A DNA stretch of 64,000 bases, from positions 1,504,001-1,568,000 of the forward strand of contig CAXXMD010000003.1 in assembly GCA_963675755.2 (NCBI GenBank), read 5' to 3'. Of the stretch, positions 49,284 to 58,041 are shown one piece after another. Made by a program: the position numbers and the translations under genes. The notes beneath the pieces are model-generated. The model saw only the letters and a list, made by a program, of their open reading frames with translations. It was not told the DNA's origin and did no database searches. Every line of letters starts with the position of its first letter. Within the stretch, counting starts at the first letter, position 1. Source of the stretch: a bacterium (GTDB lineage: Bacteria; Zhuqueibacterota; Zhuqueibacteria; Residuimicrobiales; Krinioviventaceae).

Positions 49284-50378
49284 ATGAATCGAGTATGTTT
49301 ATTGCTCATGGTGTTTGTATTGGTATTCACATTTTCATGTGAGAAAAGAGATACAGTTGTAAACGCTGTATATCAAGCGGATCAACTGCAATCAATCACA
49401 AATTCATCGACTGAGGATCTTGGTACACTGATTTTTGAATCTGATCCAATAATCAGGGGAAAGGGTGCACCTGTAACTGAAGAAATTGTCCTTCCGGGTT
49501 TTGATCCTAATAATAATTATGTATTGGTTTTAACCAATGGAGATGAAAACAAGGGGAGTAAGGTAACCAGCTGCTTTGTGATTTTCAATGGAGATACTAT
49601 TATATGTCCTATAGAAATCACAAAAGACACAGAAACGATTGTTAAAGAATTGACAATCGCTGATGAAAACGATTTATCTGCAAGAGTTATGGGTAAACCG
49701 GATAGCTATATAATACTATCGATTTACGAAGAATGTGCTCTTTGCCCACCAACAGTAACTGATATCGATGGAAATGTTTATGAAACTGTTCTGATTGGTG
49801 ATCAGTGTTGGATGAAAGAAGATTTAAATGTTGCACATTATCGAAATGGTGATCCAATTCCTAACGTTACGGATAATTCACATTGGAGTGCTTTGAGTAC
49901 TGGTGCATATTGTTATTACGAAAATAATTCAAGTAATGCTGAAGATTATGGGGCAATGTACAACTGGTTTGCTGTCAACGACGAACGTAATCTTTCTCCG
50001 CTTGGTTGGCACGTGCCTACAGACGAAGAGTGGAAAAAACTTGAAATGTTCCTGGGTATGAGCACAAGTGAAGCAGATGGTTCCAGTTGGAGAGGAACAG
50101 ATGAAGGAGGAAAATTAAAAGAATCAGGTACATCACATTGGTATAGTCCGAATATTGGTGCTACTAATGAAAGTGGATTTACGGCACGTCCTGGAGGCAA
50201 TCGTGTTTATCATGATGGTACATTCAATAGTATGGGATTGTCTGCTGGTTATTGGTGTTCTGGTGAGAGTAGTGATAGTGAAGGCTGGTTGCGATCATTG
50301 AGTCCAGATAATGCACAAATTCACCGGTCCCCTTATCCTAAAAATCAAGGTTTGTCATTAAGGTGTGTTAAAGATTGA
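49284..50378 (+). CDS. Lipoprotein with Fibrobacter succinogenes major paralogous (FISUMP) domain
   Basis: GGAGGG RBS and ATG 49284; lipobox TFSC; VTDIDGNVY.TV.IG.Q.WM, YG.MYNW.AV, P.GWHVPT.EEW, LSLRCVKD. Confidence 0.9.
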   Translation: MNRVCLLLMVFVLVFTFSCEKRDTVVNAVYQADQLQSITNSSTEDLGTLIFESDPIIRGKGAPVTEEIVLPGFDPNNNYVLVLTNGDENKGSKVTSCFVIFNGDTIICPIEITKDTETIVKELTIADENDLSARVMGKPDSYIILSIYEECALCPPTVTDIDGNVYETVLIGDQCWMKEDLNVAHYRNGDPIPNVTDNSHWSALSTGAYCYYENNSSNAEDYGAMYNWFAVNDERNLSPLGWHVPTDEEWKKLEMFLGMSTSEADGSSWRGTDEGGKLKESGTSHWYSPNIGATNESGFTARPGGNRVYHDGTFNSMGLSAGYWCSGESSDSEGWLRSLSPDNAQIHRSPYPKNQGLSLRCVKD

Positions 50379-50387
50379 TAATTAATT

Positions 50388-50427
50388 TTTTGATCTCTAT
50401 TTGACTCTCGTCTAATAGAGATCAAAA
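50388..50427. terminator. Hairpin after the FISUMP gene (probable terminator)
   Basis: TTTTGATCTCTATT-N12-AATAGAGATCAAAA, a 14-bp perfect inverted repeat. Confidence 0.55.
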
Positions 50428-50457
50428 TGGGTAAATTAAAGGAGATTATTAGAAAAG

Positions 50458-50543
50458 CTGGATCATGGAACCAATGGGGCCGCAGGTCCGCCCACCGGCG
50501 GAACTTGTCCGCCCGCTGGCGGATTCGAATCCCTGCACCCCAG
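50458..50543 (+). pseudogene. Displaced 3' half of tRNA-Gln (attR-like), interrupted by a REP-like doublet
   Basis: CTGGATCATGGAACC matches tRNA 48544-48558 (one mismatch); TTCGAATCCCTGCACCCCAG at 50524-50543 is identical to 48563-48582. Confidence 0.8.
50487..50523. repeat. Tandem REP-like hairpins TCCGCC-N4-GGCGGA (x2)
   Basis: TCCGCC-CACC-GGCGGA at 50487-50502 and TCCGCC-CGCT-GGCGGA at 50508-50523. Confidence 0.75.
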
Positions 50544-50666
50544 CACAATACACAAGGTCGGTATATCTGGCCTTTTTGCGTTTTAGGGGGAACCGTGTTG
50601 AACTTCCCGGATGTGTTATACAAGTATTACAAAGATCATGACGGAGATCATCTCCGTCATGATCAA
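50524..50666 (+). repeat. ~143-bp direct repeat of 48563-48705 (tRNA 3' end, terminator and palindrome A)
   Basis: Same 1961-bp offset at both ends; near-identical through the terminator, more diverged in the middle, conserved AAGTATTACAAAGATC plus palindrome. Confidence 0.9.
50634..50664. repeat. 31-bp palindromic repeat A, copy 2
   Basis: GATCATGACGGAGAT-C-ATCTCCGTCATGATC; perfect, with a compensatory G-C to A-T change. Confidence 0.9.
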
Positions 50667-50874
50667 TATTTCATAAATACGTTAAAATGGAATGGTACGA
50701 TCCGGATTGGGGCAGTAAGATTTAGTAAAAATTTTTAAAGGTGATTATGGGGAGTAATGTTGGTGTTTCTTAGATAAGCCCCGGCCACGAGGACGGGGGT
50801 ATGGACAATGGACTGCTATAAAGAATCATTTGCTCAATTTTGGTGAATAGAAATGTTAGGTTTAATAATACAGA

Positions 50875-51588
50875 TTAAAATCCATCACACAAATCCATTC
50901 TAACTGCCAAGTGAAGTGATGATAAGAATTCAGTGGTTTTTGATAATGTATCTAAAATATCTTTTAGTGTGTCATAATCATAGATGAATGTATCAATGAT
51001 TTCGTCATCTTTATCTGACATAACAAAAATTTTTGATGAACGTTTGTCAGTATGGCTTTGTTTTATCACTGCTTCTGTGGCAATTGATTTCATTGAGGAT
51101 TTCATTTCATCTAATTCGGGACTTGTTAGAATTGGATATCTAAAAAACGTACTTCTCTCATCAACTTTATTTATTTTTTTAATCATTTCTAAAAGATCAT
51201 CAGGTACTTCCCAAATTGTTCTTGTATGCTTCTCAAGGGGTTCTTTGTATGTAATAAATAGTTTGAGCACATATTGATATAAAAACTCAATGTTGTGAAT
51301 TTTAGTTAGAGGTCTCCAATTACCTTTTACAAGGATTTCTGGTTTGTCAGAATATTTTTTCTGACTTGTGATAATCTTAAAGGTCTTGTGAAATACAGTT
51401 ATGATTGATTTTAGATATAATTCAATTGAATGTCTAAGCAAATAGCATATTGGTAGTTTGATATTGTACAATTTGTCAGTTTCTTCAGAAGATGATAAAA
51501 GTTTGGATGCTGCATCTCTAAAAGAGTCAGCAGTTGCACCAAAGCCCGAATCGAAATGCTTGTTTATAGGTAAGAAAATATAATGCAT
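50875..51588 (-). CDS. Hypothetical protein, HEPN-like
   Basis: D.FR.AA, P.CYL.RHSIELYLK, HNIEFLY, D..S..FRYP pattern; very AT-rich. Confidence 0.6.
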   Translation of the reverse strand: MHYIFLPINKHFDSGFGATADSFRDAASKLLSSSEETDKLYNIKLPICYLLRHSIELYLKSIITVFHKTFKIITSQKKYSDKPEILVKGNWRPLTKIHNIEFLYQYVLKLFITYKEPLEKHTRTIWEVPDDLLEMIKKINKVDERSTFFRYPILTSPELDEMKSSMKSIATEAVIKQSHTDKRSSKIFVMSDKDDEIIDTFIYDYDTLKDILDTLSKTTEFLSSLHLAVRMDLCDGF

Positions 51589-51641
51589 AAATTTGGCAAT
51601 CTACTAATAGTTAGTTACTCGGATAAATCTCTGCATCACAC

Positions 51642-51664
51642 AAGGTTGGATTTCCAGCCTTTTA
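51642..51664 (+). terminator. Terminator-like copy of the post-tRNA hairpin
   Basis: ACAC-AAGGTTGGA-TT-TCCAGCCTT plus T run, preceded by AAATCTCTGCATC resembling tRNA GAATCCCTGCACC. Confidence 0.55.
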
Positions 51665-51731
51665 TTATTTAAGGAGCTGCAGTTGCTTGGTGGACCACTG
51701 GCCCATCATTTGAAAAACAGTTGATTCGAAT

Positions 51732-51762
51732 GATCGTGACGGAGATCATCTCCGTCACGATC
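51732..51762. repeat. 31-bp palindromic repeat A, copy 3
   Basis: GATCGTGACGGAGAT-C-ATCTCCGTCACGATC (perfect). Confidence 0.92.
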
Positions 51763-51817
51763 AATACTGTGGTTTTGTTTATGTGAGTCCCGGCCACACA
51801 GGCCAGCCTATGGACTT

Positions 51818-52405
51818 TTAATACCCATCGTTGGGGTGCGTTTTTATTTTATAGTTTTCAAAGAATTTCTTTCTGTCTTTCGGCCTTTTAAGCAATTGAA
51901 GTTCAGCATGTAGCAATTCCTTTACCTGCTCATATCCATTTCTTTCAATTTTAAATACTCTCCTAAAGCTCTCCGATAAATCACTTGTACATCCAATAAT
52001 ATTTATAGTCGGATATTCTGCTATATAAATTCCCCAATTCTTACTCTGGCCGTGAACAAACCAATGGGGTATTCCCATTCCAAAATATTCATCAAACTCG
52101 TGAAATTTGTTGTCAAATTCTTTTAGGTCACTCTTTACGGAAAAGGTAGCTTCAAATGGTATTTTTCTGTCTGTTATCGTTGCTCCGATGTTTTCTTTAA
52201 CGAAAAACCTGGATTCTCCAATTTCAATAAGGAGTTTTATAAATTTATTATATTCTTCATCATCTTCAACCAGATGCCCACCCACAGTTAGCAGAAAATC
52301 GAAATCTTGGTTTATGAAAACTTGTTCTGGTGGACAAATAACTTTGTCAGGAGATTGAGCAACGTTAAATATTTCTGATGTATTTGTCATTTTTAAATAC
52401 ACCAT
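51818..52405 (-). CDS. Hypothetical protein (true start may be ATG at 52390)
   Basis: 195-aa AT-rich ORF filling the space between repeat A copies 3 and 4; no family recognised. Confidence 0.7.
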   Translation of the reverse strand: MVYLKMTNTSEIFNVAQSPDKVICPPEQVFINQDFDFLLTVGGHLVEDDEEYNKFIKLLIEIGESRFFVKENIGATITDRKIPFEATFSVKSDLKEFDNKFHEFDEYFGMGIPHWFVHGQSKNWGIYIAEYPTINIIGCTSDLSESFRRVFKIERNGYEQVKELLHAELQLLKRPKDRKKFFENYKIKTHPNDGY

Positions 52406-52674
52406 AATTTTTGAAAATGTATTTTTATATTTATACCTCCCAATAGGCTGTATAAAAGCATTTTAATATATGGAATAAGAAATAAATAAAAATGAAATTT
52501 TACTTTGGGTATGATTTTAGTTAATCATATTTTTGGAAAGAGTCAATAGGAAAATATACATTTTTACTAAAAAACTGTGTAGAGGGTCAAGGACTGTACT
52601 ATCTTGAGTGTATCTGTGGTTAAAGTTTTTATCTATATCTTACTTAAGCTGTAGCGTCCGTATTTTATCTAAAA

Positions 52675-52705
52675 GATCGTGACGGAGATGATCTCCGTCA
52701 CGAGC
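52675..52705. repeat. 31-bp palindromic repeat A, copy 4
   Basis: GATCGTGACGGAGAT-G-ATCTCCGTCACGAGC. Confidence 0.9.
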
Positions 52706-52745
52706 GGGATTGTTATTTGTTCACGTTTCGAGACTCGTATCATAT

Positions 52746-52778
52746 CACCTCCCGGAGGTCCCGGACCTCCGGGAGGTG
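52746..52778. repeat. Palindromic repeat B (REP-like doublet)
   Basis: CACCTCCCGGAGGTC-CCG-GACCTCCGGGAGGTG; 15-bp perfect arms, each itself a hairpin ACCTCC-S-GGAGGT. Confidence 0.8.
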
Positions 52779-52965
52779 TGCCAGACTTGAAAAATGTGAA
52801 ACAATTGGTTTACATACACGTAGAGAGAAAAAGAAGGTAAATGTATTCATTGCACAAATACAGGATAGCATACAGGGATTGATAAAAGATAAATAGTTTA
52901 TAACAAAGTCAAAAAAACAAGATGGAATCGCTGAGAGTTTCTCGCGTGATTCCGGGGATACGAAT

Positions 52966-53682
52966 ATGTCAAAAAGAGTTGAACATAAAGCGCCTCAAGC
53001 AAACCTGGTTCGCCAATGGATCCGTTTAATAGTGGTGTATCTCTTGATCCCTTTGGTTCTGTTGGTGTGCGGAGGCGATTTTGGTTGGTGGCAGGCATGG
53101 ATCTATGCTTTGCTGATTGTTGCCGCGGGTATTGGCGGACGTATTTGGGCGGAACGGCGGCATCCGGGGTTGCTGGCAGAACGACAAAACATGGAAAAAA
53201 TCCAAAGTGCGAAAGCATGGGATAAAGTGCTTGCTCCGCTCATGGCGCTGAGTGTAAGCTTTCCACTGGTTATAGTGGCGGGATTGGATCACCGCTTTGG
53301 TTGGTCACCCGCATTGCCGTTATGGCTTGTTATTTTCGGTATCATCCTGATAACGCTCGGATACGCTTTCTCCATGTGGGCATTTGTAGAGAACCGATTT
53401 TTCTCCAGCGTTGTGCGTATTCAAGCGGATAGAGGTCATGTGGTGTGTGATAGCGGTCCCTATCGACTGGTTCGGCATCCGGGTTATTCCGGAACGATTT
53501 TGCCATTGTTGGGTATTGTGCTGGCCCTGAGCTCCCTGTGGACACTCGTTCCGGCTGCTGTAGCACTGATCATCTCGGTGATCAGAACCGCGTTAGAAGA
53601 CCAAACATTGCAGCAAGAGTTGCCAGGGTATAAGGAATATACGCAGCGCGTACGCTACAGGCTGTTTCCAGGGATTTACTAA
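52966..53682 (+). CDS. Isoprenylcysteine carboxyl methyltransferase (ICMT/Ste14)-family membrane protein
   Basis: Multiple TMs; ENRFFS..VRIQ.DRGH.V...GPYR.VRHPGYSG, RT.LED..LQ.EL.GY.EY...VRYRL.PGI. Confidence 0.88.
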   Translation: MSKRVEHKAPQANLVRQWIRLIVVYLLIPLVLLVCGGDFGWWQAWIYALLIVAAGIGGRIWAERRHPGLLAERQNMEKIQSAKAWDKVLAPLMALSVSFPLVIVAGLDHRFGWSPALPLWLVIFGIILITLGYAFSMWAFVENRFFSSVVRIQADRGHVVCDSGPYRLVRHPGYSGTILPLLGIVLALSSLWTLVPAAVALIISVIRTALEDQTLQQELPGYKEYTQRVRYRLFPGIY

Positions 53683-53771
53683 TAGGCCCTTAATTTTGTG
53701 ACTGTTGGTATACTGGGAACTCATCCGGATTTAAATAGACTCTCTAAAAGAGAACTGATAATCTAAATCCA

Positions 53772-54809
53772 TCACTCCCGGGGTTTTGCAATCATCATGT
53801 TCAGATACGCTGCAAAGTCTTTTGCAACACCATCCTTTTGATTGATGTAGGTTTGCATGTGTTTGTTCTCATCGGGAATCCATTTACATCCTTTATCAGG
53901 ATCAAAGTCTAAATAGCCGGTTCCGCTGTTTATCAAATAATCGCCAACGCCTTCAACCGCATAATAAACCGTGGCCAGGTCCCAGCTTGGCCTTTGGTCA
54001 TCAAGCGTTTTCTTGCCATACCACCAAAGCCAGTCCCGATAGGCGGTACGGATGATATTGCCGGCAGGTGTCTGTTTTAAGGATTTACCGGTCATCACAT
54101 CAGCACCGGCATCCACAAAAACCATAGGCACCGGTAAATTGTCGATTAGATATTTTGTAAAGGGAGCAGTGCCGTTTTTAAAGAAATTCCAGTCTTGTGT
54201 GTATTCTCTTTTTTTATTGTTTGCGCCAAGCGCACCCAAAGCCACCCAGCGACGGACTTTGGTTCGGACCAGTTCCAATCCGCTCAAAGGCGTTATGGCA
54301 TCTCCTTCCGAAACCAACAGATCATACAATCCCTTGGTATGGCCCACGGTAATATAGGTCACGCTATGGTCCGGCTGTTCTAAAAGTAATTTCCTGTTCA
54401 GTAGTGTTTGTTCAACAGCATCGGTGTTGGATATGATGGTATTGCCGAAAGCATCGGTGTCTTTTACCAGCTTTTCCGCACTCATTTTATCCACGCTATC
54501 ACCAACATCGTCTTTATAGTTCGCACCCACGGGTATCTCGGGCCGGCCACAATAGATATTGATTGCCTGCACAATTCCCGCACCATAGGGTACTTTGCCC
54601 GAGCTATATATAGATCCAAGAATTTCAACCTTGCCCATATCCGCATAGGTATGTAACAGGGCCAGCGCTCCTACATCATCACAATCTGATCCCATATCCG
54701 TATCGAAAATGATTTTGACAGGTTCTGTAATCGATTTTAAATCCGTTTGTGCTAAAACACCAAAATGAGGGATTAACATCAAGAGTAATAAAAGACTGAT
54801 TTTTTTCAT
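53772..54809 (-). CDS. Secreted nucleoside-hydrolase (IU-NH)-like protein
   Basis: Start reassigned to MKKISLLLLL (54809); IIFDTDMGSDCDDVGALALL and RPSWD motifs. Confidence 0.82.
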   Translation of the reverse strand: MKKISLLLLLMLIPHFGVLAQTDLKSITEPVKIIFDTDMGSDCDDVGALALLHTYADMGKVEILGSIYSSGKVPYGAGIVQAINIYCGRPEIPVGANYKDDVGDSVDKMSAEKLVKDTDAFGNTIISNTDAVEQTLLNRKLLLEQPDHSVTYITVGHTKGLYDLLVSEGDAITPLSGLELVRTKVRRWVALGALGANNKKREYTQDWNFFKNGTAPFTKYLIDNLPVPMVFVDAGADVMTGKSLKQTPAGNIIRTAYRDWLWWYGKKTLDDQRPSWDLATVYYAVEGVGDYLINSGTGYLDFDPDKGCKWIPDENKHMQTYINQKDGVAKDFAAYLNMMIAKPRE

Positions 54810-54846
54810 GTAGAAGCCTCGATATTCTTGTTCAGTAAAAAATCCG

Positions 54847-56358
54847 TTATGGTTTCTGCGGATTAAACTGAGAGCAGCGGAACGTGTGTTTTTCAAGTTC
54901 CGTTCCTGCCTCATTTATCAGACGAAATGTTACTGTGGGATCCGCTTTTTTCATATCAAAAGTGAATTCACCAAAAGCGATCAATCCGCCGGCGTAACCA
55001 AAAAGCTGTGCCGATTTGTCCGGGGCAAAAGCATCCGGACCGGGAACACCGCCCAGGGTTGCGGCTTCGAATTCATGCAGCGCAAAACCCGATGGCCGTT
55101 CAATCTTGAAACTGCGTGCGCCGTGACGGTCGCCACTCAAAAGCAATACACCGCCTATCTGGTTCTCTTCAATAAAGTCATAGATCTCTTCTCGTCCCGG
55201 AATGTCCCAACTGCCCCACGAGTCTTTTGCTTTGGACATAAAGTCGCTCCACATGGTCCCGCTGGTCAGTATGATAAACCGGGCTTTGGACGCCTTGAGT
55301 GTATTCTTGAGCCATTGCATTTGCTCATCGCCAAGGTAGGATCCTCGCTGTTCCCGTTTTTGCCAGTTTCGGCAAGAGCGGGTATCGAGCATGATGATTT
55401 CCACATCGCCAATGACGGTGTTGAAATAGATCCCGTGGTCTGTGACTGATGTCTGGGGATTAGCCCAGTTTTCCTGCCAGAGTTTCCGCAGCGCGTTGCG
55501 CTGAGTGTTTGTTATCTGACCTTTTTGAAGTCCGGATTTGTCATTGTTCAGATAATCGTGATCATCCCAGCTGGTATAGACCGGAATGTTGGCAGAAAAT
55601 GTCCGCCACGGTTTTGAAACGTCGCGTAATAGATAATCCGCATAGTGCATATTGGAGTTGGTTTCCCGGTCATCCACTGCGATATCACCCAATAACAGCA
55701 TGGCGAGATTGCCGCGCTCTACAATCAACCGCATCAAATTGGGATTGTGTACACCGATCTTATGATAGCAAGAACCAAAGGCAATGCGCATGGTGTCTGT
55801 GGTATTCGGTTCAGGAGCTGTGCGAAAAGAGCCATTACCTAAAACAGCATCTGCATTGTTAACGATTTGGTAGAGGTATGGGGTGTTTGCCGACAATCCG
55901 GTAATCCTGACCCGGGTGGCCGCACCGGGCTGGGTGACCTCGACATTGAAATCCTTTTGCTGTTTTTCTTCCTTATCTGTTATTTTTACGGTTAATGCTT
56001 CTGCGTGGACCGCACGGAACCAGAGGGTAATACCGCTCTCAGAAACATCACCCAACATCGGTCCGCTGATGAGGGCAAGTCCGGCTTTTTTAGCTGCCTC
56101 AATGATCCCTGGATGGGTAAGTGTTGCGTCAGGAGTTTCGACAAGGATTTCACGGGCTGATAGGTAAAAAGTACGTCGCGCTTCCGGCAGGCGTTCAAAA
56201 CTGTCCAAAAGCAGTGTATCAATTTCCAGGCTGCCTACGTGTGCTTGTTTGAGGGATACAATATGGGTCGCCGTATCCGGTGTCGATTCAGCGTAGATGG
56301 ATGAGGTAAACAAACCCCAACATAGCATGAGGCAAAGTATATTCAAACGAAAGTTCAT
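54847..56358 (-). CDS. phoD: Alkaline phosphatase D (PhoD)-family metallophosphoesterase
   Basis: GPMLG.V, IAFGSC, LLGD, WDDHDY..ND, LDTR, LLSGDRH; signal peptide. Confidence 0.85.
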   Translation of the reverse strand: MNFRLNILCLMLCWGLFTSSIYAESTPDTATHIVSLKQAHVGSLEIDTLLLDSFERLPEARRTFYLSAREILVETPDATLTHPGIIEAAKKAGLALISGPMLGDVSESGITLWFRAVHAEALTVKITDKEEKQQKDFNVEVTQPGAATRVRITGLSANTPYLYQIVNNADAVLGNGSFRTAPEPNTTDTMRIAFGSCYHKIGVHNPNLMRLIVERGNLAMLLLGDIAVDDRETNSNMHYADYLLRDVSKPWRTFSANIPVYTSWDDHDYLNNDKSGLQKGQITNTQRNALRKLWQENWANPQTSVTDHGIYFNTVIGDVEIIMLDTRSCRNWQKREQRGSYLGDEQMQWLKNTLKASKARFIILTSGTMWSDFMSKAKDSWGSWDIPGREEIYDFIEENQIGGVLLLSGDRHGARSFKIERPSGFALHEFEAATLGGVPGPDAFAPDKSAQLFGYAGGLIAFGEFTFDMKKADPTVTFRLINEAGTELEKHTFRCSQFNPQKP

Positions 56359-56495
56359 CTAGTATGTCCTTTGGTTGTTTTATAGGCTAACAGAGTAAAG
56401 GTTAATTAATTATATTTTTGTTTAAGAATCAATAAAAAAGAATGTGTCATGTTGAGGTTGGAATTACTGATTTGTATATCGGGAGACGGACTTTT

Positions 56496-56526
56496 TATCG
56501 TGACGGAGATTAACTCCGTCACGATA
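56496..56526. repeat. 31-bp palindromic repeat A, copy 5
   Basis: TATCGTGACGGAG-ATTAA-CTCCGTCACGATA, with the outer pair changed compensatorily to T-A and extended by TT/AA. Confidence 0.88.
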
Positions 56527-56585
56527 AATGAACACTGAGAAAGGATTATATGATAAGCGCGTTTAAACGCATGACAGACAATGGA

Positions 56586-57665
56586 TCATTTTGCGCTGTT
56601 TTGATTAATAACATAATGGGTTTCTGTTGGGAACGCCATTTCAATACCGGCTTCATCCAGGTTGCGTTTGATGCCCATATTGACCTTATGAACAATGATC
56701 TTCCAGTTACTGCTGTCCGTGATCCAGTAGACAATTTCCAGATCGAGAGAAAAAGCGCCAAAGTTGGTAAATCTGACCTCGGTATCGTCGCTGTCTATAC
56801 CTTCTACCTCGGCAATGGTTTTTTTAACAATATCTATGGCTTTATCCATATCATCTGCTGTTGTTTCATAGACCAGACCAATGTTCACCACCATCCGGCG
56901 TCGCTCGCGTTTGGAATAGTTTTCCACAACGGTATCCACAATAGCGCTGTTGGGGATAACTACATGCGTACCGCCTACGGTTTTGATGCGGGTGCTTCGC
57001 ATACCCACTTCAAGTACAGAACCGGATTTGCCGCTGATTTCAATCCAGTCGTCAATCTGGAACGGCTTGTCCCAAAAGATGGTAATACCACCGATAATGT
57101 TCTTAACTGCGTCCTGAGCTGCCAGAGCAATGGCCAAACCACCAATACCAATACCGGCCAGAATGGACAATATATCATATCCCAGATTAGACAGGATGAT
57201 GATACCTCCCAGAACCAGAATAACCGTTTTCACGGATTTACGGACGATTGGCAGAATCTGGTCGTCAAGTTTGCTTTTTGATTTTTCGGTAATAGGTTCG
57301 ATGTAAGCGGTGATCAGCATGTCAAAAAACCGTACCAGAAACCAGGTAGCTGTAATTGCAAGCAGGGTAATCACTACATTATGAAAAAACTTTACTCCGC
57401 CTTCATTCAGTGTCAGAAATCGGGCGCCAACCCAAACACCACCACTGACGATCAGCAGAACAATGGGTTCTTCTATAATATCAATGAGATAGTCATCGAA
57501 TTTGGTTTTTGATTTTAGTGCAATTCTACGCAATGAAGTTTTAAAGAAAAAATAGACAATTCTGCCTAATATAATTGACAATACAATGGCGCCGCTTAGC
57601 AGTAGATACTGACCGACTGAATTATTGAACACTGTATAGTCAATAACATTCCGGATAGATTCCAT
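56586..57665 (-). CDS. Small-conductance mechanosensitive channel (MscS family)
   Basis: TM helices; ILAGIGIGGLAIALAAQD..KNIIGG, DKPFQIDDWI, VGMRST.I, IPNS, GIEMAFPT. Confidence 0.92.
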   Translation of the reverse strand: MESIRNVIDYTVFNNSVGQYLLLSGAIVLSIILGRIVYFFFKTSLRRIALKSKTKFDDYLIDIIEEPIVLLIVSGGVWVGARFLTLNEGGVKFFHNVVITLLAITATWFLVRFFDMLITAYIEPITEKSKSKLDDQILPIVRKSVKTVILVLGGIIILSNLGYDILSILAGIGIGGLAIALAAQDAVKNIIGGITIFWDKPFQIDDWIEISGKSGSVLEVGMRSTRIKTVGGTHVVIPNSAIVDTVVENYSKRERRRMVVNIGLVYETTADDMDKAIDIVKKTIAEVEGIDSDDTEVRFTNFGAFSLDLEIVYWITDSSNWKIIVHKVNMGIKRNLDEAGIEMAFPTETHYVINQNSAK

Positions 57666-57987
57666 ATGAACTCCCTTTTTATTAAAGAATGGATTCCAAT
57701 AGTTTAGATAGATTTATATTTAAGAAAGGTTTTCTTGCATATCAGGACTAGCGTCCCTTTATTTATATCATTCTTTCCTTTAAAAAATATAATGTATGAA
57801 AAAAAAATATCAGGATAAATATTTATTTTATTAATTACACTGACAGATTTACAAGTTGGTAAACAGGGTACTATAATGAATGAAAAATTTTGAATAGTGG
57901 ACTGCTTAGCCGGGGAATCGGGTTGTAGAGATTGCTGTTGGGAGGATAGGCCGTACCAAACAGCCTTTATAAAAAGTTAATTCGAAA

Positions 57988-58018
57988 GATCGTGACGGAG
58001 ATACTCTCCGTCACGATC
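57988..58018. repeat. 31-bp palindromic repeat A, copy 6
   Basis: GATCGTGACGGAGA-TAC-TCTCCGTCACGATC. Confidence 0.9.
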
Positions 58019-58041
58019 ATACTATAGGTAAATATACAGCT

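Noticed and set aside
50427-50738. 103-aa + strand ORF and the 92-aa antisense ORF 50345-50623
   Set aside because: They read through the tRNA remnant, REP hairpins, terminator and palindrome; no protein-like features.
56550-57281. 243-aa + strand ORF
   Set aside because: Antisense to the well-supported MscS gene; no motifs.
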